Source of the DNA: Chthoniobacteraceae bacterium
Lineage (GTDB): Bacteria > Verrucomicrobiota > Verrucomicrobiia > Chthoniobacterales > Chthoniobacteraceae
Direction of reading: 5' to 3'
Assembly: GCA_031409655.1 (NCBI GenBank)
Contig: JANNXQ010000096.1
Location: 1 to 18,969 of the forward strand
Length of the DNA: 18,969 nucleotides
The notes beneath the pieces were generated by a model. That model saw only the letters and a list, made by a program, of their open reading frames with translations. It searched no databases and was not told the origin of the DNA. How positions within the stretch are numbered: position 1 is the first letter of the stretch; each line of letters begins with the position of its first letter. Positions 1-7,741 of the stretch are shown in pieces. The translations under genes and the position numbers were made by a program.

Positions 1-136
1 GTGCGTAAACCCTCCCCTGGGCGCGCTGGGCCTCTTTTTGGGGGGGGGGCGGGGCGCGTGGGGGCGGTGCCCCCCGGGGACGGCGGCGCTCCCAGGGCAT
101 TCCCGGGGCATGGAAGCTGCCCCTCGACTTGGCACC

Positions 137-1012
137 ATGCGTTTCCTCGCCGCCTTTCTCGCTTTCCTCGCGGCCACCATCCTTCGCGTCGCCGCAGACT
201 CTGGCGGGCTGAAGGATGTGCCCTTTACGCATCTCTCGGATCGCACGGTATCGCCACTCGGTCAGGCGGCGCTGGCGATCCGCCCGACGGAGTGGCGCCA
301 CGCGGAGTCGGCGCATTTTGTGTACCACTACTTCCAGACTTTCGTGGCCGGGCCGGTCTCGACGGAAGCGGAGTTTTACTACGGTTGCATCACCAAAGAG
401 CTGGGCAAGGATAGCGCGCAGTGGGAGCGGAAGTGTCACATTTTCGTCTTCGAGAAAGCGGAAGACTGGCAGCAATTCCAGGTGCGCGGGCGGCTCGATC
501 CGTGGACGGGCGGACTGCATGCGCTGGGTGAGCTTTTCGTGATCCGCAATCCGCAATTCCGCTGGCAGGGCCACACGCTCGGGCACGAGATCACGCATCT
601 GGTGATCTACCGGTTCTATGGCAATGGCGTGCCACGCTGGCTGAATGAAGGCTTTGCGGAATACGCGGGGGTGCGGGCCTATGCTTCCTTCAACCGCGCG
701 CGCGGCTATCGCGCTCGACCGACGTCACAGTCGGTCGAGCCGGCGAAATTCATCCCGCTCGCGCAACTGACCTCAATGCTCGATTACCCCGCGGACCCGG
801 ACGCCGTGCTCACTTTCTACGATGAATCCGAACGTCTGGTGCGTTTCCTGAGCGCGGCGGACAAGCGCGGGTTCGGCATTTTTCTGGAAGCGATCGCACA
901 GGGCAATCGCACCGAGACGGCGCTGAGCAAAGGATTCGGTTCGCGGTTTCCGAGCTTGGAGACCTTGGAGCGTGAGTTTAAGGCTTACGCCTCCAAGGAC
1001 CATGCTCCGTAA
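137..1012 (+). CDS. Secreted Peptidase MA-like (gluzincin) zinc-binding protein, paralog 1
   Basis: HEITH motif followed by PRWLNEGFAEY (HEXXH plus downstream E). ATG at 137 opens a hydrophobic signal peptide MRFLAAFLAFLAATILRVAA; ATG at 110 is an alternative start. Confidence 0.8.
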   Translation: MRFLAAFLAFLAATILRVAADSGGLKDVPFTHLSDRTVSPLGQAALAIRPTEWRHAESAHFVYHYFQTFVAGPVSTEAEFYYGCITKELGKDSAQWERKCHIFVFEKAEDWQQFQVRGRLDPWTGGLHALGELFVIRNPQFRWQGHTLGHEITHLVIYRFYGNGVPRWLNEGFAEYAGVRAYASFNRARGYRARPTSQSVEPAKFIPLAQLTSMLDYPADPDAVLTFYDESERLVRFLSAADKRGFGIFLEAIAQGNRTETALSKGFGSRFPSLETLEREFKAYASKDHAP

Positions 1013-1937
1013 GAACCGCCGCTCACTCTTCCTCGCCGCACTCGGTGTACTGAGCGGTGCGACATGGGCGCAGGTCCCGGCGGCGACTCCGCGGTCGCTC
1101 TTTGGACAGCCGGCGGTGAGTGCGGCGCCGCGCGAGGTAAAGCTGGTGGAGAAGCCGTGGGAGGCACTCTCGGACAAGGAGCCTCGCGACAAGGGCAAGC
1201 TGGCGCTCGGCATCGCGCCGGAAAAATGGAAGCACGCCGAGACGGACAATTTCATCCTGCACTACCGGCGCGCGACGGAAGCGCAGAAGGTGGCTCGCGA
1301 GGTGGAGTACAATCTCTGGCATGTGGCCACGGCGCTCGGGGCGACGAAGGATCGCTACTCGCGGCGGTCGCACGTTTTCATCTTCGAGGACGATGAGGAG
1401 TGGAAGAAGTTCAAGGGGCTGCTCGGACCGAATGGGCTCACGTGGGCGGCGAGTTTCGCGGTGGGCGATGAGCTTTTTCTGAATGTGCGCGGAAGCAACG
1501 GCGGCGGCTTTGAGTCCCAGACGCTGGCCCACGAGACGACGCACGCGGTGGTGGCGCGACTCTTCCGCGGGCGACGCTGGCCGCTGTGGCTGAATGAGGG
1601 TTTTGCGGAATACATGAGCGGCGCGAGTGTGGCGGCGCGGAAGGGGCAATCGGCGAAACGCTTTCAGCGCGCGCTCGGTGGTGCGGAGATGCCGCTGGGG
1701 ACGCTGGAGTCGATGACGAGTTATCCCGAAAGCGAACTGGAGATCGGGCAGCTCTACCAGACGTCGGAGAAGTTCGTCCGCTTCCTCATGAATGAGTTTC
1801 CGAAGGATCGCTTCGTGAAGTTCATTGACGCCGTGCTCGATGGGAAAAGCATGCAGGTCGCGGTGCTGGAAATCTACTTGGATAAGGTGAAGGACTGGGA
1901 TGCTTTCCTGCGGCGCTACGAGCGCTTCACAAAGTGA
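1002..1937 (+). CDS. Secreted Peptidase MA-like (gluzincin) zinc-binding protein, paralog 2
   Basis: HETTH...PLWLNEGFAEY. Shares W(R/K)HAE..(H/N)F..HY and H(I/V)F(V/I)FE blocks with the upstream gene. ATG at 1002 overlaps the upstream gene end. N-terminus MLRKNRRSLFLAALGVLSGATWAQ is a signal peptide, possibly twin-arginine. Confidence 0.8.
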   Translation: MLRKNRRSLFLAALGVLSGATWAQVPAATPRSLFGQPAVSAAPREVKLVEKPWEALSDKEPRDKGKLALGIAPEKWKHAETDNFILHYRRATEAQKVAREVEYNLWHVATALGATKDRYSRRSHVFIFEDDEEWKKFKGLLGPNGLTWAASFAVGDELFLNVRGSNGGGFESQTLAHETTHAVVARLFRGRRWPLWLNEGFAEYMSGASVAARKGQSAKRFQRALGGAEMPLGTLESMTSYPESELEIGQLYQTSEKFVRFLMNEFPKDRFVKFIDAVLDGKSMQVAVLEIYLDKVKDWDAFLRRYERFTK

Positions 1938-3052
1938 TGGCCGCGGCGAAACCGAGCACCCAGGCGGCGATTCGCGCGATCGTCGGCACCGACGAGGCGG
2001 AGATCAAACGCGCCGCGAAGGCGCTCGCCGATGAGCTTTCGCCGGGCGGGGATTTCGGCGCGGACATCATCGATGGGACGGCGGACAATGCGGACGCTGC
2101 GGTGGGGAAGATCCACTCGACGATCGAGGCGCTGAACACGTTCGCCTTTTTCGGCGGCGAAAAACTGGTGTGGCTGAAGAGCGCGAACTTTCTCGCGGAT
2201 TCGCAGATGGGCGGCGCGCAAGGGGTGCTCGAGGCGCTGGAGATTCTCGCGGCGACGCTCTCGGGCGGCCTGCCAGATGGCACGCGCTTTCTCCTGAGCG
2301 CGATCGGCGTCGATAAACGGCGCACTTTCTACAAGACGCTCTCGAAGCTCACGAAGGTGGAGATCTTCGACAAACTGGACACCGGCAAGAGTGGCTGGGA
2401 GGAGGACGCGGCGGCACTCGTGGAAAAACTCGCGGCCGATCGCGGCCTGCAAATCGCGGGGGATGCGCTGCAGCTCTTCGTGCTCAGCACCGGCGGCGAA
2501 AGGCGCGTCTGCGAGAGCGAGATGGACAAGCTGGACCTCTACCTCGGCACCGCCCGGCGCAGCCTGCGGGTGGACGATGTGCGGCTCCTCGTCCCGGTGT
2601 CGAAAGCCGGCGTGATCTTCGAACTCGGCAACGCCCTCGCCGCGCGCGAGCTCCCGCGCGCGCTCGAGTTGCTCGATCAGTTGATGTTCCAAGGCGAGAG
2701 TGCCATCGGCATCCTGCTCGTCGCCGTCATCCCCACGGTGCGCAATCTCCTCGTCGCGCGCGACCTCCTCACTCGCCACAAGCTCCAGCGCCCGGCGCAG
2801 GCGTTCTTTTTCGGCAAGACGCTCGAACGGCTCCCGCCCGAAGCCATCGCCCATCTGCCCCGCAAAAAGGACGGATCGATCAACACCTACTCGCTCGGCA
2901 TCGCTGCCATGCATGCGCACCGGTTCAGCCTGCCGGAGTTGCGCACCGCCCTCGGCTCGTGCCTCGATGCCAATGTCCAGCTCGTCACCTCCGGCCTCGA
3001 GCCCAAGGTCGTCCTCAGCCAGCTCATCGTCCGCATTTGCACCAAGCCATGA
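1937..3052 (+). CDS. holA: DNA polymerase III subunit delta
   Basis: T.AFFGGEKLVWLK, DKRRTFYK, SEMDKLDLY and IFELGNAL motifs, ~370 aa, typical of HolA. TGATG overlap with the upstream gene. Confidence 0.9.
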   Translation: MAAAKPSTQAAIRAIVGTDEAEIKRAAKALADELSPGGDFGADIIDGTADNADAAVGKIHSTIEALNTFAFFGGEKLVWLKSANFLADSQMGGAQGVLEALEILAATLSGGLPDGTRFLLSAIGVDKRRTFYKTLSKLTKVEIFDKLDTGKSGWEEDAAALVEKLAADRGLQIAGDALQLFVLSTGGERRVCESEMDKLDLYLGTARRSLRVDDVRLLVPVSKAGVIFELGNALAARELPRALELLDQLMFQGESAIGILLVAVIPTVRNLLVARDLLTRHKLQRPAQAFFFGKTLERLPPEAIAHLPRKKDGSINTYSLGIAAMHAHRFSLPELRTALGSCLDANVQLVTSGLEPKVVLSQLIVRICTKP

Positions 3053-3056
3053 TCGA

Positions 3057-3220
3057 GGAAAACTCGAAATCCGAAGCGCGAAGTTCGAAACAAACGGAGC
3101 CGAAATGGCGGGAAGGATGGAAACCGATGGCACCCGACCTCGCAGTTTATTGCTGCCCGCGTTTTCCAGCCTCTTTCCCCTTTTTGTTTCGAACTTCGAG
3201 TTTCGAGCTTCGAGCTTTCC
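3057..3220. repeat. 38-bp inverted repeat built from heptamer (..TCGAA-like) units
   Basis: 3057-3094 GGAAAACTCGAAATCCGAAGCGCGAAGTTCGAAACAAA closely matches the reverse complement of 3183-3220; 88-bp spacer. Confidence 0.8.
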
Positions 3221-3224
3221 CAAG

Positions 3225-3584
3225 ATGTCGCCCATCGCCCTCGCGCTCCTGATCGGCGCCCTCAGTGGAGTCGTCGCCGCGCTCTGCGGCGTCGGGGGCG
3301 GGATCATCATGGTCCCGTTCTTCGTCGTGCTCCTGGGGATGCCGCAAAAAACCGCCGTCGCCACCTCCCTCGCCGCCATCGTCCTCACGGCCCTGCTCGC
3401 CTCCGCCCGTAATCACCTGAACAGTATGATCGATTGGCGGGTCGCGATCGCCGCTGGACTGGCCGGTGCCGTGGTCGCTTGGTTCGCCGCCGATCTGCTC
3501 AAGCACCTGAGCAATGCCACGCTGACGCGGATCTTCGCCATCCTGCTCATCTTCTCGGGAGTGAGAATGCTTTTCCAAAAGTAG
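3225..3584 (+). CDS. Short (half-size) TauE/SafE family permease
   Basis: G.LSGVVAALCGVGGGIIMVP...GMPQKTAVATSLA signature; 119 aa, hydrophobic. ATG at 3225. Confidence 0.85.
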   Translation: MSPIALALLIGALSGVVAALCGVGGGIIMVPFFVVLLGMPQKTAVATSLAAIVLTALLASARNHLNSMIDWRVAIAAGLAGAVVAWFAADLLKHLSNATLTRIFAILLIFSGVRMLFQK

Positions 3585-3624
3585 GACTGCTAATCAAACC
3601 GCTCAATCACATGGATTCACTGCT

Positions 3625-3679
3625 AAATAAATTTTCTTAACAAAAAGGTGTTGCACTCTCACAGATGGCAGAGCATTCT
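3625..3679 (+). promoter_or_regulatory. Sigma70-type promoter with AT-rich UP-like element
   Basis: TTGCAC (3651-3656), 17-bp spacer, CATTCT (3674-3679), preceded by an A/T tract in a GC-rich background. Confidence 0.55.
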
Positions 3680-3685
3680 CTGCTC

Positions 3686-3760
3686 GTAGTTTTTAAAGAT
3701 TGTTCTGGGGGGAACATCAGCCCTTCGTAGCCATTCGGTTGCGGGGGGCTGAATTTTTTT
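3686..3760 (+). ncRNA. Candidate small RNA (unassigned family)
   Basis: Lies between the promoter and an intrinsic terminator. Contains hairpin TGTTC-TGGGGG-GAACA (3701-3716). No credible ORF. Confidence 0.45.
3717..3760 (+). terminator. Intrinsic terminator
   Basis: 16-bp stem (with GU pairs) TCAGCCCTTCGTAGCC / GGTTGCGGGGGGCTGA, loop ATTC, followed by ATTTTTTT. Confidence 0.75.
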
Positions 3761-3862
3761 GGGGACATGCCTCCCGGTTTGGCAGTTTTGGAGAGCGTGT
3801 CCGCCGAGGCCCTGAATTCGACCTTCCCGAGAGCCCGCCCCACCTGAGAGCTTCCGCTGCGG

Positions 3863-4642
3863 ATGCCCACTGCGCCCCTCTCGTTTTCCTCTTTCGCTTC
3901 CACGCTCACCCCGTCCCAATGGCTGCTGGCGATCCTCGGGGCCGTCGGGATCGGCGTGGCGAAGAGCGGTTTCTCCGGCGTCAGCATGCTGCACGTGCTG
4001 GTCTTCGCCTATCTCTTCGGGGCGCGCGATTCCACTGGCGTCGTCCTCCCCATGCTCATCGCCGGCGACATCCTGGCCGTCTTCGCCTTCCGCCAGCATG
4101 CCCGGTGGGAATACATCCGGAAAATGCTGCCGCCCGCGATTGCCGGAATCGTCGTGGGCTGGTTGCTCATGCACCGGCTCTCCGAGACCGCCTACAAGCC
4201 GCTCATCGGCACGATCATCCTCGCGCTCACGAGCCTCCAACTCCTCCGACTCGCCCGCCCCGCCCTCTTCGACCATGTGCCCCACAGCGCCTGGTTTGCC
4301 TGGGGCATGGGCCTGCTCGCAGGGAGCACCACCATGCTCATCAATGGTGCCGGACCCATCATGGCCCTCTACTTCCTGGCCGTAGCCCTGCCGAAGTTCG
4401 AACTCGTCGGCACCAGTGCCTGGTTCTTCCTCATCGTCAATTGCCTCAAGATCCCCTTCAGCGCCAGCCTCGGCCTGATCCACACCGACACGCTCCTCCT
4501 GAACGCCACTCTCATCCCCGCGATCGCCGTCGGCCTCTTCGCCGGACGCTGGCTCGTGCGCCGCATCGCCCAGCGCCTTTTCGATACCCTCCTGCTCATC
4601 TTCGCGGCCGTCGCCGCCCTGCGTCTCATCGGCATTTTTTAA
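3863..4642 (+). CDS. Sulfite exporter TauE/SafE family permease
   Basis: 259 aa multi-TM protein; GVAKSGFSG, STGVVLPMLIAGD, TTMLINGAGPIMALY and WFFLIVNCLKIPF motifs. Confidence 0.88.
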   Translation: MPTAPLSFSSFASTLTPSQWLLAILGAVGIGVAKSGFSGVSMLHVLVFAYLFGARDSTGVVLPMLIAGDILAVFAFRQHARWEYIRKMLPPAIAGIVVGWLLMHRLSETAYKPLIGTIILALTSLQLLRLARPALFDHVPHSAWFAWGMGLLAGSTTMLINGAGPIMALYFLAVALPKFELVGTSAWFFLIVNCLKIPFSASLGLIHTDTLLLNATLIPAIAVGLFAGRWLVRRIAQRLFDTLLLIFAAVAALRLIGIF

Positions 4643-4681
4643 GACTCGCCGCTTCTTCGTCCCCCGGTACCTTCCGCGATC

Positions 4682-5089
4682 ATGCTCCTGAAATTTCTCG
4701 CCCAATACCGCGACGCCGGCCTTCTTTTCCTGCGTATCGGACTCGGCATCGCCTTCGTCATCCACGGACTGCCAAAGCTCACTGGCGGCCCCAAGGTTTG
4801 GAAAGCAATCGGTGGCGCGATGGGCCAACTCGGGATCGATCAATGGCCGGAAATGTGGGGCTTCCTCGCCTCCGTGACCGAAGGCATCGGTGGCGTCCTC
4901 CTCGTCCTCGGCGCCTTCTACCGGCCCACCTGCCTTCTGCTCACCTTCACCATGTTTATCGCCACCCTGCACCTCAGCGCGGGAAAAGGCAGCGATTTCA
5001 AAGCCTACGCCCACCCTCTGGAGCTTGCCGTCGTCTTCTTCGGCCTCGCCTTCATCGGCCCCGGAAAATTCTCCGTGGACAAAGACTGA
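4682..5089 (+). CDS. DoxX family membrane protein
   Basis: GLLFLRIGLG...HGLPKL...E..GG.LLVLG...R...GPGKFSVD pattern, 135 aa. Confidence 0.9.
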   Translation: MLLKFLAQYRDAGLLFLRIGLGIAFVIHGLPKLTGGPKVWKAIGGAMGQLGIDQWPEMWGFLASVTEGIGGVLLVLGAFYRPTCLLLTFTMFIATLHLSAGKGSDFKAYAHPLELAVVFFGLAFIGPGKFSVDKD

Positions 5090-5097
5090 AAAAGACC

Positions 5098-5125
5098 TTG
5101 CACGAGAGAACTGCGCCGCTAGTTT
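5098..5125 (+). promoter_or_regulatory. Putative tRNA promoter
   Basis: TTGCAC-N16-TAGTTT ending 14 bp upstream of the tRNA. Confidence 0.5.
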
Positions 5126-5139
5126 TGCGTTTCACAAAT

Positions 5140-5220
<81 letters not shown>

Positions 5221-5260
5221 AAGCGGCTCGCAGACAACAGTTTGCGAGCCGTTTCTTTTT
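5221..5260 (+). terminator. Element-supplied intrinsic terminator for the tRNA
   Basis: AAGCGGCTCGCAGAC-AACA-GTTTGCGAGCCGTTT then CTTTTT. Confidence 0.8.
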
Positions 5261-5300
5261 GACCGTGGAAGTCGGTGAAATCCCTCTGAAATGGCGGTTT

Positions 5301-5345
5301 ATGCACCGAAATGCACCGAAATTTGCCGGGGTAGTTGCCGGGGTA
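5301..5345. repeat. Putative integrase arm-type sites (TTGCCGGGGTA x2) with adjacent ATGCACCGAA x2 tandem
   Basis: AAATTTGCCGGGGTAGTTGCCGGGGTA (5319-5345) is identical to 14269-14295 at the other end of the element. 10-bp tandem at 5301-5320. Confidence 0.75.
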
Positions 5346-5392
5346 AAATCTGACTTTTTCCAAGGGCACCACGAAGCGAAGGGCGGAAATCG

Positions 5393-5463
5393 AGGCACCC
5401 CGGCAAATCCACAGTTGCCGGGGTAGCCACTGGCGGCAGGCACCAGGGCGAAGGCGGGCCAGG
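5393..5463. repeat. ~70-bp imperfect direct repeat, copy A (contains CCCCGGCAA-N8-TTGCCGGGG palindrome)
   Basis: Similar to 6061-6137, including the downstream GGCACCA.GGCGAAGGCG. Confidence 0.8.
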
Positions 5464-5554
5464 GTAAGGCCGCTGCCGATCTCCGCTCGAATGGGCATCG
5501 GGGGTGCCATTCTTTTCGACCGATCACCAGCCGGCGAGGCCGATCAATGCTTGG

Positions 5555-5729
5555 TTTGTGGGCTTGTGGTGTTGTTGCCGGCTTCTCCGGTCGCGCCCGC
5601 TGACCTTCCTCCGTTCTGAACTCGTGCCCTTCCTCTCTCTTTCTTCCTTACGGAAAGAACACCACAAGCCCACAAATCTAGTGTTTAAGCGGGTCGGCGG
5701 CCTGGTGTTCGTCGTGGTCTTGTGGGCTT
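5555..5729. repeat. Iteron-like repeats, putative replication origin
   Basis: Perfect 19-bp inverted repeat TTTGTGGGCTTGTGGTGTT (5555-5573) / AACACCACAAGCCCACAAA (5658-5676), third partial copy at 5714-5729, pyrimidine tract between; downstream of the helicase-like gene. Confidence 0.6.
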
Positions 5730-6060
5730 TTGTCGGTGCAAAAGGGACATGAAGTGTCACGAACGAGGGGCAAAGGGGCAACCATGACAGGGCGAGGGGG
5801 CACGAACGGGACAAAGTGTCATGACATGGTGTCATCAACTTTTTGGAAGTGTCGCGTGCGAATAGGGTAAGCGACGCAGTAACTGATGGCGGGGCGTGTG
5901 CCCGAAAAGATTCCTTACCGGGGGGAGGGTAGGCGGCACTAGTCGTATTCCACGAGACGTGGTTTTGCTGGCGTTCGTTCCGGCGAACGCCGTCGAGGGG
6001 CGCGGGGAGCGCGGGCAAACTCGTGTTTGGCGGCTTCTCTGGCGCGAGCCAAGCTCGCAG

Positions 6061-6137
6061 AGGCAACCCCGGCAAATCCGCAGTTGCCGGGGTAGGCCGC
6101 TCGCGACGGCACCATGGCGAAGGCGAGGCGGCGCAGG
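6061..6137. repeat. ~70-bp imperfect direct repeat, copy B
   Basis: CCCCGGCAA (6067-6075) and TTGCCGGGGTA (6084-6094); just past the helicase-like gene stop. Confidence 0.8.
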
Positions 6138-6148
6138 CCGGCACGCTG

Positions 6149-7741
6149 CTACGCGGTCGCGTCGTCGAGGAAATGCACCACGTAGCGGCTTCCGCTGGCG
6201 GCGGCACGTCGGCCAAACTCGAAACGGCGTCCGCGCGTGTCGGTGAAGACGCGCCCGCGCAGCTTGCGCAGTTTGTGCCCAAGGGCTTTGCGTTCGTCGC
6301 GACACTCGAAAGGCAGCACGTCGTCGAGCGTCCCGGCTTCGCGCAGGGCATCGAGGATTTCGTCGGTCGTGAGTTCTTCGCCTTGCACGAGGGGGCCGGC
6401 GAGCTTGCACAGCGCGGTTTCGAGGGCGCGTCCGGCTTCGTCGCCACCCATCGGCCAATCGACAATCCGCGCGAAGGGATTGGCGAGGCCAGCGGCGACG
6501 CACACGCTGCCCACGAGGGCGGCGTAGGCTTCAAACGACGACAGGCGGGCGTCGCGGCAGTGCGGCATCCCACAGTCGCGCCAGTGGCGCAGCATCGCCC
6601 ACAGCGCGGCGCAGGCGTGGGCACGATAGGCGGCAGAGAAAAGGACGGTGTTCGTCATCGGGTCGGCAATCTCGCGTTCGCTGGCCTTTTCACCGGCACT
6701 CAGGAACACCACGAGGCTTCGCCGGGGCAGGTCTTCCGCGAGCTTTAGGTGGTTGCCGGTCGCGAACACTTGCCACGAGTTCGCGCACTTCACGCGCGTG
6801 CTTTGCCCCTTCACGCGCGGCGTGTGCGTGGGCGAGGAAATGAAATGGTTCAGGTCATTCGAGGCGAGGTTTTGCACGTCGTCGAGGAAGACGTAGGCCG
6901 CGCCCGCGAGCGCGGCGGCGTCGAGCACGTTGCGCAGTTCTTCGTCGGATTTCGGTTTGCTGTCTTCCTCCGTTTCGCCATGCGTCGGCGTGAGGATCGC
7001 GCGCACGAGCGTCGATTTCCCGACTCCAGGCTGATTGCCGATCACGAGCACGAGCGGGCGCACGGCACCGTGCGGCAGCAGATTCACGGCGAACACGCCG
7101 AGCATTGCAGCGGCGAACGCGGAGAAGCTGCGCCGGGTGAAAAGGTCGCCAGTTTCGGCGAAGGGGAAGCCGGCGAATCTTCCGTCGAGCCATGCGTGCG
7201 CGTCTTCCAAAGGCCAGTCGCGCGCGAAGTCGAGCACGGGCACGGTGAAGGTGCGCGTTGCGGGGTGGTAGCCTTCCGGCAGCAGGTCGAGCGTGCGGTC
7301 GGCATCTTCGCCGCGCCACGTCGGCAGGCGCAGCAGGTTCACGCCGCGCAGCTCGCGGACGTGGGCGCGGAGTTCGTCGCTGGCTAGGATGCACAGCGCG
7401 AGGTCTTGCCGGGCGTTCACGGTGCGGCGTTTGTCGCCTTCGCCATCGTGGAAGGTAAAGAATCGCTGGTGCCAACTGCGCCAGCGGGTCGGCGTCATCG
7501 GCTGCACTTCGCCGGTCGTGTCGTTCACGGTCACGAGAGATTCACCACGGCGGAAAAGCGGGGCGTTGCGCAGGCATTGCCCCACCGCGAGGCACAGGGC
7601 GGCAGTGGGCTGATTGATCGCGATGGACGGCAGGCTGCGCCCTTCACCGGGCGCAGGTGCGCCCGTGGCGGCGGCGAGTTGGGGCAGCTTCGCGCGGATT
7701 TCGTCGGCACCGTCGGCGGCGTGGTGGTCGTCGGTGTTCAT
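6149..7741 (-). CDS. P-loop NTPase, putative replicative helicase (SF3-like) with probable C-terminal winged helix
   Basis: Walker A GNQPGVGKST, Walker B YVFLDDV, sensor-like FATGN, RR finger (DLPRRSL). ATG at 7741 forms an ATGA overlap with the primase stop; 530 aa. Confidence 0.8.
   Translation of the reverse strand: MNTDDHHAADGADEIRAKLPQLAAATGAPAPGEGRSLPSIAINQPTAALCLAVGQCLRNAPLFRRGESLVTVNDTTGEVQPMTPTRWRSWHQRFFTFHDGEGDKRRTVNARQDLALCILASDELRAHVRELRGVNLLRLPTWRGEDADRTLDLLPEGYHPATRTFTVPVLDFARDWPLEDAHAWLDGRFAGFPFAETGDLFTRRSFSAFAAAMLGVFAVNLLPHGAVRPLVLVIGNQPGVGKSTLVRAILTPTHGETEEDSKPKSDEELRNVLDAAALAGAAYVFLDDVQNLASNDLNHFISSPTHTPRVKGQSTRVKCANSWQVFATGNHLKLAEDLPRRSLVVFLSAGEKASEREIADPMTNTVLFSAAYRAHACAALWAMLRHWRDCGMPHCRDARLSSFEAYAALVGSVCVAAGLANPFARIVDWPMGGDEAGRALETALCKLAGPLVQGEELTTDEILDALREAGTLDDVLPFECRDERKALGHKLRKLRGRVFTDTRGRRFEFGRRAAASGSRYVVHFLDDATA

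Noticed and set aside
11..108. G/C runs and a weak inverted repeat at the window start
   Set aside because: Short, low-complexity and truncated by the window edge; the poly-G run could be an artefact.
2700..3224. Long N-terminal extension of the short TauE ORF
   Set aside because: Ser-rich off-frame overlap with holA and the repeat; family similarity starts at ATG 3225.
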